From IMG/VR virus record IMGVR_UViG_3300032280_000320, positions 50,332 through 114,331 of that record: DNA of 64,000 bases. One strand, given 5' to 3'. The notes beneath the pieces were generated by a model, which ran no database searches, was not told the DNA's origin, and saw only the letters and a list, made by a program, of their open reading frames with translations. Positions 1 to 10,300 of this stretch are shown in pieces. Position numbers and translations under genes: made by a program. Source of the stretch: a virus (Duplodnaviria; Caudoviricetes). Within the stretch, counting starts at the first letter, position 1. The number at the start of each line of letters is the position of its first letter.

Positions 1-1569
1 TACATCTGTTCCATATGCCGATGTTTTATTGCCCAGTATCTTTGCTGATTTATTTAAAGATAAAGATATGTCAATTGGTTTAGCTGGGCGTTCATCAAAT
101 TTGGTACTTAGTCTATAGATCTCTCTCACTGTTGATCCAAACTCTTCCACCGCCCCTGGCTTTTTTTCAATTGCATCATCTTCGCTAACAGCGTTATATA
201 TAAAATCTCCAAATGATAGGTCTAATATATCATTTGAAAATTGTCCTGAATAAAAGTTTGGAGAATACTCTGCTTTTTTATACTGCTCTTCAGTTATTGT
301 GTCTGCGTACACATAGTCAAAAAACGCTTTACCAATTGTTGAAAATAAGGCAACACCCTTTTTAGGGCTTATTGTTCCTGGGAATCTTTTATCATTGCTT
401 ACTTTGTCTGTAGCAACAATTCTTTGTCCATTAATAAAACATATTATGGTTGTTTGGGCTGATGTATATTTTACCTTTAAATCAATAGAGTATGTTGTAC
501 CAGAAATCACTCCTGCAAACATAGAGTTTCTGGTTATCTGTGAGTCATTTAAAACTCTTTGCTCTGATCCGTCTACCTTTATTATCCTAAATGGTTTTTT
601 ATTTGCATCTGATGCATTTGCTTCTGTACTAAGCTGAATGAAGTATCCAGTGCCTCCATTATTGGATACAAAAAATCCTAGCCCTGCCGAGTTTCTTCCA
701 TTTGAGTTAATCTCTGGATCAAAGTAAATGGTTGTTCCAAAAGAATAGTATCCACTTTGCGGTGTTCCCACAACTTCATCTCTGCCGTATGTTGTGACTG
801 GGGGAATTACTGAGTCAAAATCTTTGTATACTATAGAGCTTTCACCTTTTATTTCATTAAAAATTTCTAAATATGATTTACCAGATGTTTGATTTGCTAA
901 AGATGCAGGTGATATTTTGTCTCTTGCAATTGGAGAATAGTATGAAGTTTTATATTTATTTACCTTCTCTGCAGGGCCTCTATTGGCAAGTAGTGTTGGG
1001 TTTCCCTTATAAGGTATGATGTTAAAGTCATAGTATCTTCCAGAATTTATTCCAGTTATAATTATATCTTGTATAGCTTTGCCTGTTGTAGCTCTTTCTG
1101 TTATAGGAGTTATTCCAGTACCATCAAAAGAAAATGTATCTGCTGTTACTGCTATTACTTTCTTTTTTGACACATTAAATCTTTGATATGTATTAGTTAT
1201 AGTTACATAATCTCCTACTGCAAAATTATGTGCAGTAGCAGTAAATGTAATTAAATTATTTGCACATACTAGTTTTGTTACAGCATGTTTATAAAAGATT
1301 AATCTTCTAGTTTGGCTTCCTGGCCAAAACTCTGATATGGGCCCGTCTGGAGATGTGCCGTCTGATGAAAACATTTGATGAGTTACTATATAGCCGTCTG
1401 GGTCTATGCCTAGATCAATTTCTTTTACAGAAATATTTATATTTATATTTGAGTTCTCTGCTATTCCAAGATCTTTATTTGATATCTCGTGTATTGATGA
1501 TGCATACAATATATCCATACCAATAGCGGTTCCACCGCTTCCATTAATATATGCTTCTGTTAGTCTCAT
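1..1569 (-). CDS. Tail/baseplate-region structural protein, partial (appears to run off the left edge)
   Basis: ATG at 1569 overlaps the stop of the upstream gene (ATGA) and reads MRLTEAYINGSGGTAIGMDILYASSIHEISNKDLG. Only the first ~100 codons were translated by hand. It is absent from the ORF track, as expected for a truncated ORF. Function is inferred from position downstream of the TMP. Confidence 0.65.
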   Translation of the reverse strand, partial: MRLTEAYINGSGGTAIGMDILYASSIHEISNKDLGIAENSNININISVKEIDLGIDPDGYIVTHQMFSSDGTSPDGPISEFWPGSQTRRLIFYKHAVTKLVCANNLITFTATAHNFAVGDYVTITNTYQRFNVSKKKVIAVTADTFSFDGTGITPITERATTGKAIQDIIITGINSGRYYDFNIIPYKGNPTLLANRGPAEKVNKYKTSYYSPIARDKISPASLANQTSGKSYLEIFNEIKGESSIVYKDFDSVIPPVTTYGRDEVVGTPQSGYYSFGTTIYFDPEINSNGRNSAGLGFFVSNNGGTGYFIQLSTEANASDANKKPFRIIKVDGSEQRVLNDSQITRNSMFAGVISGTTYSIDLKVKYTSAQTTIICFINGQRIVATDKVSNDKRFPGTISPKKGVALFSTIGKAFFDYVYADTITEEQYKKAEYSPNFYSGQFSNDILDLSFGDFIYNAVSEDDAIEKKPGAVEEFGSTVREIYRLSTKFDERPAKPIDISLSLNKSAKILGNKTSAYGTDV

Positions 1570-3833
1570 ACCCAGGCCACCCTCTTTTGTATCCAGCCTC
1601 CAGATTCTATTACATCCATTGGAGTGGCTTTATGGTCTGCTGCTGCTGTTCCAAGTGCGCCACGTGTTTTAACACGATATCTTCCTGTTGGCTTAAAGTA
1701 TGCTGTTCCTAAAATGTTATTGATATCAACAAACCCTGGCTTTGACAGGGATACATATTTGTTTACATCGTTTTGTGATGCTATCCAAACAATATTTTCA
1801 TCATCATTAAAGTCAATAAATTGATACTCTAATGCATCAAATTCAATTACCTCTGAGTCAATAAGGAAGTATCCACTGAATGCAAATCCACTTTGATATT
1901 GGCTATAAGAATCTCCAACAGTATTATTATTTATTACCAATACGGTATTATCTGCTGGCGTGTCCTTTGATATGTCTAGCTTTAGTCCGCCTGCGCTTAA
2001 AAATGTTGTTGGTGCTTGGGCAAGCTTTGTCGCATCTCCAGTATATTGTGTTGGCACAATTGAATTCCATATAACCTTTACGTTATTTCCAGAAGCAATT
2101 TCTTCCTGGCTTAAAGAAATAATGTTTGGCAAAACTGATCCTTCTGGCTTTTCGTAAAAATTCCATACAGGCGTTGTTTGTGAATATATCTTGTCTCTTG
2201 TATAAAACTGCAAAACATTGTTCTGATCAAAAAATGCATTCATCTGTATGTCTCTGCATAGATCTTGAAGGTGTTCCCAAACTGTTTTTGAATCTGTAGT
2301 CCACCAATATCCTATTGTAGGGATTGAAGTATCTTTAATTATTATAGCACCTTTTGCGGATGTTTCTGTTACCATGTTTATATTATAGTTTGTAAATCCA
2401 ACTGAGTCTAGGAGTCTTCTAATTATTGCAGTTGCTGAATATGTCTCGCAAAGCATGTCTGGTGCAATTGATTCCATTAAATACTTTGCGCCATCTAGCG
2501 CAACTATGTCTGTCTCGCCAAAATTATTGATTGTCCAGCTATCCATATAATAAGATCCCTGTGGAATTTTATATTCTGTTGCGCCATCATATATTTTAAA
2601 GTGTGGTCTTAGTTCTGCATTTTTAAATGTGTATAAGAAATCAAAATCAGAAGGGCCACCTACAATACTTGTCCATGGCTTTTCTCTGTTATATGATCTA
2701 ATCATAACTTGGCTTTGGTTGTAGTTTGCCAGAGACAGAGAAAGTACGTTTGCCGAAAGCTTTCCTACTGGTAAGATATCACTCGAAGATGAGTTTGATG
2801 ATTCTTGTGACAAGCTAACTGCTGAGACTAGTGGGCTTATTTCCTTTACCCATCTTGCAGAAATTTCTATTAACCCCATAACACTTGTTCCGCCAGGATT
2901 TTTTGCAGTTAATGCAATTGATTTTATATACTTTGGGGCTCTGTAAATATTGTCAGTAAAATGAATCCAGTTTGTATCTGCTTCAGTGGGATATAAGGAT
3001 ACTTCTCCTGATGGGAAATTTGTGCTGAAGTTAGGCATTGTTCCTGACTTTACTGTTCCATCTTTATAGGTTATGCTAACTGTAACTTCGGATGGTAGTG
3101 CATGATTCTTATCAAATCTAATTAATATCTTATTTGCAATTGCTGCTTTTGTTTCTGGTATGGTGGCTACTCCAGCAGATGTTAGATAGCCAATCTTACC
3201 TATGTTCTTTTCTATAATAAATGAAGTACTTGATGGCACCTCTATAATTTTGCCGTTTGTGTTATATGCTGTGTCTGACATGCCAGTTATTGTTATTGTA
3301 TTGCCAGTTACAAATCCATGTGGCACCGTGGTTGTATATTTAACCTTATATCGTGTACCAGTATTTGATGCCTCCGCCTTTACAATAGGAACTGTAGTCT
3401 GTGAATACTTAATTGTTATTGTTGAGTCTTTGCCTTCTGGTGACAACCAATACTTGTAAAATGTTGAGGGGCCTGGGTAGTAAACTCTAGGTGTAGATAG
3501 ATTATAGTATATAGCTTTTGGATCCTTGTATATAAAATTAGTTCCATCCGTTGGTATAACAAAATACTTAACCCCAGAATTTAATGGGCGGAATGGCTTG
3601 ATGATAGAATCTACTGGGAAAAGCTTTTTATAGGGGTTAATTGATCCTTGCTTAAATCCATTTATGCCAGCAGTATATTCTGCATCTGTGTTTGAAGAAT
3701 AGACTGATATGTTATCTATCATTGTATTCATATTGTATTCTACTTCACAGCCAACTGATATATTGATTGATGATCTATTTTTTAATATTCCTGTTACGGC
3801 ATCTGTTTGTGCCTGTGTTGCAAGAGAAATCAT
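1566..3833 (-). CDS. Minor tail / baseplate hub-like protein (755 aa)
   Basis: Second gene after the TMP. Motifs QGSYYMDSW, DGAKYL and WEHLQDLCRDIQMNAFFDQNNVLQF resemble tail hub proteins; includes a TTTVPHGFVTGNTITITG beta-domain insert. Confidence 0.65.
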   Translation of the reverse strand: MISLATQAQTDAVTGILKNRSSINISVGCEVEYNMNTMIDNISVYSSNTDAEYTAGINGFKQGSINPYKKLFPVDSIIKPFRPLNSGVKYFVIPTDGTNFIYKDPKAIYYNLSTPRVYYPGPSTFYKYWLSPEGKDSTITIKYSQTTVPIVKAEASNTGTRYKVKYTTTVPHGFVTGNTITITGMSDTAYNTNGKIIEVPSSTSFIIEKNIGKIGYLTSAGVATIPETKAAIANKILIRFDKNHALPSEVTVSITYKDGTVKSGTMPNFSTNFPSGEVSLYPTEADTNWIHFTDNIYRAPKYIKSIALTAKNPGGTSVMGLIEISARWVKEISPLVSAVSLSQESSNSSSSDILPVGKLSANVLSLSLANYNQSQVMIRSYNREKPWTSIVGGPSDFDFLYTFKNAELRPHFKIYDGATEYKIPQGSYYMDSWTINNFGETDIVALDGAKYLMESIAPDMLCETYSATAIIRRLLDSVGFTNYNINMVTETSAKGAIIIKDTSIPTIGYWWTTDSKTVWEHLQDLCRDIQMNAFFDQNNVLQFYTRDKIYSQTTPVWNFYEKPEGSVLPNIISLSQEEIASGNNVKVIWNSIVPTQYTGDATKLAQAPTTFLSAGGLKLDISKDTPADNTVLVINNNTVGDSYSQYQSGFAFSGYFLIDSEVIEFDALEYQFIDFNDDENIVWIASQNDVNKYVSLSKPGFVDINNILGTAYFKPTGRYRVKTRGALGTAAADHKATPMDVIESGGWIQKRVAWV

Positions 3834-4309
3834 TATACTTCCTCCAGCGTCATTGATATTGTCCAGAAAGAATGTAATCCACGCTTTTGTAAGACTGCGG
3901 AAAATTCTGTAAACGAGACTGTATATACTTCTCCTGTTAAAGCTGTGTCTTCTGCGGCACCAGACTTTGCAAAATTTAATAGTATTCTAAATGTGCCCTT
4001 GCCTTCTTCGCTTGCATAAAATCTTCTTAGGTCTTCTGCACCAAGGTTTCCGTCTGCCGTATGTGTTCTTGTTGTGGGTAGCATATTCCAAGACATGCTA
4101 AATGTTTTTTTGTCAGCAATAAAAAATTTTCTAAGGGTTCCGTTAGCCATTCTTTGAGTTTGTTGGATTCTATTTGAGCCTACAGTTATTTCTGATCTAT
4201 TGTGATCAGATATTTTTAGCCAAGTTAAAGTGGTGCCTGGGACAGTAGCAAGAACATCCTTGCCTTCTATTTGTAACCCTACACCTTTAGGTAATTTTGT
4301 ATAACCCAT
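3833..4309 (-). CDS. Distal tail (Dit)-like protein
   Basis: 158 aa immediately after the TMP; RMANGTLRKFFIADKKTFSMSW motif and a C-terminal MTLEEV typical of such tail proteins. Confidence 0.6.
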   Translation of the reverse strand: MGYTKLPKGVGLQIEGKDVLATVPGTTLTWLKISDHNRSEITVGSNRIQQTQRMANGTLRKFFIADKKTFSMSWNMLPTTRTHTADGNLGAEDLRRFYASEEGKGTFRILLNFAKSGAAEDTALTGEVYTVSFTEFSAVLQKRGLHSFWTISMTLEEV

Positions 4310-7300
4310 TATGCTTTAACCTCCAATCCACTTCCTAGTGATCTACTTTCTCCCATAGATTTAACTGATATCTTGCTCATTGTCTTTATAGACTCAACTG
4401 TTTTTCTTGTAACCATGTCAGACAGTGCATTTATGTCACCATCATATCCATTAATATTATTTGTAATATTATATACGCCTCCACCCATTGTAGCATTATT
4501 AGCGTTTGGATTAAAGGGGTTCATATTAGCAGGAACTACTGCTTCATTCTTATGAAGCATGGCAAGCATGTTTGCTGGGACGTTATTTATACCAGTTTCA
4601 AATCTAGGGATATTGAATTTGCCTCCACTTAAGTATCCCCCAGTTGCACCAGTAATTCTTTTACTTTGAAGACCCGCAATTTGGGCAAGCTTTGCATCCA
4701 TTTCTGTACCAGATATAAATCCTCTAGCATATTGATTTATAATAAACTCCTGCATTGCTTTAAGGTCACTTGGATTTGGGTAAGTCTTTCCGCTTTCATA
4801 TTTACCAAAACGTGTCCACATTAAAAGTGCATCTAAAGCTTTTGTTGCTGTGGTGGTTCCAGTATTGGGAGTACCTACTGAAGTTTTATATTCATTTAAA
4901 AGATATGTAAACGGATTGCTTCCAGATCCTTTTGCCAGCATATCTAAGTCACCACTGTTATGGCCTCCATCAAATCTTACTCCAAGCTTAGAGGCTACTT
5001 CTTGAATTACATCTTGATTTAAAGAATGATGCTCACCGCCGACAGCGTATAAGTATGGCTGATCTATTCCAATTTGTTTTTTTGCTTTATCTATTGCTAT
5101 TATCTGTAGGGCTCTTTGGGCACTCATAGGAGTATCAACCTCATAAGAACTTCTTGCTGGCATGTAGAGATCTTGATTGCCAAACACTCTTTCATGATTT
5201 GGCCTAGCCCTCATAGCGTCGTCTACTTGTGCGGCAGGTCTTAAATTACTATTTTCGTTAATTTCTTTTAATATTTGATCAAGCTCTGACTGGGAATATT
5301 TTTCTTTTGCTAAGTAAAATATTTCTTTTGTTGAAGGGTTTTCTGCCATTATTGGCAGCGGGTCTCCTTGTTTATATAACCCAAGCTCTGTTAATCTTTT
5401 AATATAGGCTGATTCTTCTAAAGGAAATACTGAACTGAGCTGCCCTTCTTTTTTACTATACTTAAATGGTTTCCCAAATTTTTGTAAGAAAAAGCTGTCG
5501 ATTGAATGAAGCTGTTCTGGCTTACCGTTATATTTCATTAAATTAGAAAGTGTACTTACTATAAACGGCTTGTCTGGCTTCCAAGATCCCTGAAAATGAG
5601 ATTGAACTGCATCATAAATTCCAAAGTGCCTTGATGTTCTAGCAACAGCATAATCAGCAGCTTTATCAGTTCCAGCAACAGAGCCTTTGGGTCCTACAAA
5701 CCTATCAAATATTTTAAATCCTGCAGCAGTTTCTAGAAGGTCTCCGCTGGCATCTGCTGTTGGGAACTCTTCATTAAACACTCTTATCATTGGAATATCG
5801 TCTGGTGTTGGTGGAGCATAGGGGTCCATTCCTCTTGCTCTGTAAGCTGCAATCTCTGCTCTAGTTAGAGGAACTTCTCCACGGAATCCATGGAAACCTC
5901 CCTTTACTCCACCAGCACGTTCTGTGGCTGCTGCAATTAATGCGGCTTGCTCTTTGGCATTCTCTGCATATTCTTTTGCTGATCTGGCAAGTATCGGTGA
6001 CATTGCTTTTGTTTTAGTTCTAATAGCAATATCGTCTTTTGCGCTACCAAGAGTTGCAGAAATCAATTGAGTAAGTCCTGCTGAATCTAGAGAGGTTGCA
6101 AGCTCTGGCATTCTTAGATCTTGGCCCAGCATGCTGATAGGGAGTAGGTCTGTATCTATTTTCCTTAAATTTATGCTTCCTGCCGCTAGCATGTTCATTA
6201 AAAATTCTCTTACCTGTTTGTCATCCCACTTGTTATTATTCATCTTGTCTAACAAAATTTGAGCTTTTTTATTTTTTGGATCTTTTTTCAAAATATAAGA
6301 AAGTATTCCTTCGGGTGTTGTTGGTATAATATCAGAAACCTGATGATTTGTTAATAGGGAGCCAAGGTTTTCATTTGTGCCTTGGAAAACAACGGCATCG
6401 TTACCAAAAGGCCCTCCTGAATGTAATGGTACTTTATTTCCTTCATGAACTACAAATGGCGGATAATTATTATTTGGTTTCATCTGCTCTGCAGTTGCAG
6501 TTATTTTTGGTTTTTGAATTACTGAAGCTACTCTATTTTCAACAAATGGCCTTGCTGCACCGATTACTGCAGCAGTTGCTGCATTTGTTGCAATCTTTGA
6601 TCCAGATGCTCCAAGGAATGGTATCGAACCCTTTGGCAATAAGTGGCCAAGGTTTGGAATTCCTTTTGCTGCGCCAAATCCCTCAACTATAGATCTCATA
6701 AGTGCATTTCCGTTTGCCCCGCCAACCCTAGCTAAGGCAACATTTATTGCTGCGGTTAGGTATTCTCCTTTAGCCCAATCCCTGCCATCTTGGTAACGCT
6801 GAGCTCCTCCTGCTCCGACAAGGGCGGTGAGTAGAATATTTTGCATTTCGGTATGTATCGGACCACCAGGATTATTTCCCCCAATGGCTGCTGTCCAGTT
6901 TTTACTTGTTGTAAATGTTTCCCATAGAGATGGAGGGTTTTTTACCCATTCACCATTTTCATTTTTATAATAGTTGCCATCCTTCTCATAAAATTTGTCG
7001 GTTGCTTTAGAGTTTGCTGCAGCTCTTGCTGGACTTAATGCACTCATGCTTGGACCTGAATAAGGTGCTTTGTAACTGCTTGCCATATGCCCTGGACTCA
7101 AATGCTTATGTCCTACTAGTCCGCCTTTATGGAAACCTAGCCCAGATTTAATTTTCTTAAATAGCTTACTCCAATTAACAACTGAATGCATGGATCCACC
7201 AGATACCATTGTTCCCTGATTGCCAACAATTTCTCCGCCGCCAACCAGCATGCCTCTACTCCAAGAGTATTCATGGTTTTCAGGAATATAATCTGGATAA

Positions 7301-10300
7301 ATTGTTTTATATTTATCTGGTAGGAACAGCTCCGCTCTTCTATTTTTAGCTTTGTTTTCAGAAGTTGTATTTGGAACAAGAGGTCTATATTCGCCATATC
7401 CTACTGGAGTGAATGCTGTGCCAGGAACAAACTTTGACATATATTCTGCAATAGCATTTGCTCTATTTTGTGAAAGGATCTTGTTGTCTTTTTCTTTACC
7501 TACAGAGTCTGTGTGTCCTTGAACAACTATTGATGCTAGCTTATGCTTAATAAGATCTTTAGCAATTTTTTGAAGCTCTAGTCTTTGCTCTTTATTTAAT
7601 GTGTAAGAATTTGTATCAAAATTAGCTGTGATAGGCGGAACTTCAATTTTAACAACCTGCTTATTGGCATCTTGCCATGCTTCTATTGGGCCCATTAGTT
7701 TTCCGCCTTGTTCGACTCCCTCAGTTGTCGATCCATGCCTATGTCCTACAGGCCCGCCTTTATGTAGCCTTTGAGCATTTAATTTATCAAAAAAATTAAC
7801 TCCATATTGCTTTACAGCTTTTTCTTTAATTACATATTCACCATTTGAAAGCATGGCTGGAATAGAATCAGATGTTCCAGTTCCTGGACCAGATACTTTT
7901 CCTCCTGGCTCAAAATACTTTACCTTACCGCCCTTATTATATGAAACTACTTTTTTATCCCAAGGATTGCTAGCGTAATTTTCGCTTGCCCATCTACCAA
8001 TTATTTTTCCATTTTTATCGGTTACTCTACCATCTGCTGTGTAGGTATATCCAGTTTTTGGATCAATATAATCTTTAAATTTATTACGACCATCTTCTTC
8101 TCTGATAGTAGTTCCACGTTTAGTTGGATCTGGGTGCTTAAATGATTTATACTGGGCTCCTCCTGGAGTATCCTCTGCAGGTTTAGGCATAAAGAATCTT
8201 TCACTTTCTTTATAAACTTTACCAGATGAATCTATGTACTGTCCAGTTTTCTTATCAAAAGTTAATTTTATTGGTGCTCCCTTTGCATTAGCAAAGGCAT
8301 TAGCTTCTCCTACTTCTGGTAATCCTAGTAGCTTTTTGACATACATTCCAAATGAATCTACGTGTTCTCCAAAGCCATCAAAATATTTTTCTGCATATTC
8401 TACAGCTGAGTTACTTGCTCCACCAGGATCATTAGTTATCTTTTTTAGATATGTGAGCCAATCAGCTGAACCAGGCTGCTGGAAACTTAATCCCTTTGGA
8501 CCAGTAACTGTTTTTCCTGCTGTTATTGGAACACCAGCTGTAACTGTTTTTGCTGCAGCCGCACCTTCTGAATTTATTGCAGCTAACGCTGCTACGTCTG
8601 ATTGTAGTGCTTTTGCCAAGGTGCCTAGAACACCCTCATCTGTTGTCATTCCAGCTTTTGATATAGTAGTTGCAATACTTTGCTGTAGGGCCTGTATTGA
8701 TGCATATTCTTTTTGCTTAATGTTAGCAATTTCTTGTAGCTTGTTTGCTTTCTCTTGAAGCTTAATAAGTCTCTCTTGAACTGCAGCTTTTGCTTCTTCA
8801 AGCTTTTTAACTTCTGCATCTCTTTTATCTTGGATTGCATCTATTGATAATGTTTTTTGTCTTTCGTTTGTTAGACTTTGTATATTAAGCTGTGACTGCG
8901 CTGCACGTGACATATCTCCAGCTAACAATGCTTGCTGGTAATTTAGTTGCTCTTTTTGTACCTCTGTTAAATAATCTTGCTTTTCTGCTTGATCTTCAAT
9001 AGCACGTATTCTTGCATCTGCTTCTTCGTTGATTTTTTCTATCTTTTTGTCGAGAGCCTTTATCTCTGCATCTGCATTCTTTTGAGCATTCTTTGTTGCA
9101 TCGTCTGAGGCTTTCTTTGCTTTATCGTATGCAAGTTTTGCTGCTGTTCCATAATCTGCAATTGCATCAATTGGGTTATTTAATAAGTTAGCATTTGTAG
9201 TCATTTCAGATGCAGCTTGTGAAATTGCTGTCACTACCTGTAGCAAATCTTGTGCTTCTTGTCCGCTTAACCCTGATAGATTAGCAGTTACGCCATTTGT
9301 ATAAAGCTGTATTTTTGCCCATGCATCAACCATACTGTCATTTGAATTAAGTATATCTTTGTATAAAGGATTTTCTTTTACAAGAAGATTTAATATGTCA
9401 TCGCCAATATCTTTTTGATTATTCTTATTTGCATTCATTTGCTCTATTGTGTCATTTAGAGCTTCTGTCTGTGTCTTTGCTTTTCCAGTCTCATCTTTTA
9501 TTCCAACTAGGCTTTGGTAGTATAGCTGTATTGCATCTAGCCCGCCGCTAAATGAGGCTGCTATTTCTTTTTTGTCTACGTCTGCGCCTTCAATTGATTT
9601 AACAAATGTCTCTATTGCTACTCTTGCTGCGGATGCTCTGTCTACTACTCTTAAAAATTCTGATGAGGATACAGCTGCCGTTGCCTGAGCAGCTTTATTT
9701 GAAACAGATATAATGCTGTAAATTTCTTTTGCAGCTTCTTGTGCTGATTTTCCTGCTGCAACTAGCTGAACCTTGAGTGCTGTTGCTGCTTTTGTAACGT
9801 CATTTTCATCAAGGTTATTAAACATCTGTACGATGTCACCTTGTGTTTCTTTAGCTTTCTTTTGTAGAGCATTAAGTTCTTTTACAGACATATTGATTCC
9901 GCCGCCTATAGCGGTAGATCCAGCAGCCTTAATCTTTGCTAACTCTCCCTGTGCCTTTGCAGCTTCTGTTGCTTTTTTAATTTTGTCTGTCAGGCTTGTG
10001 TATGTTATGCCAAGTTGTTTTGCTTGTATTTCATTTACATCTAATGCTTCTTGAGAAGCAAGTCTTGCTTTTCTTGCATTCTCCCATGCTCCATAAGAGA
10101 CTGTTGCAAGTGTTGTTAATGCAAATATTGCAACCTTACCCCAACCAGGAATTGCTTTGCCAGCAGCATTAAGCTTTCCTAAAGTTTGACCAAACTTGCC
10201 AACGTTTCTTTCTGCTGCAACAGCTGCCGTTGCTTCTCCTACAGCACCTCCTGCTTTGGCGGCTTTAGCAGTTTTTATACCTTTGTAAATTGATCCAGCA

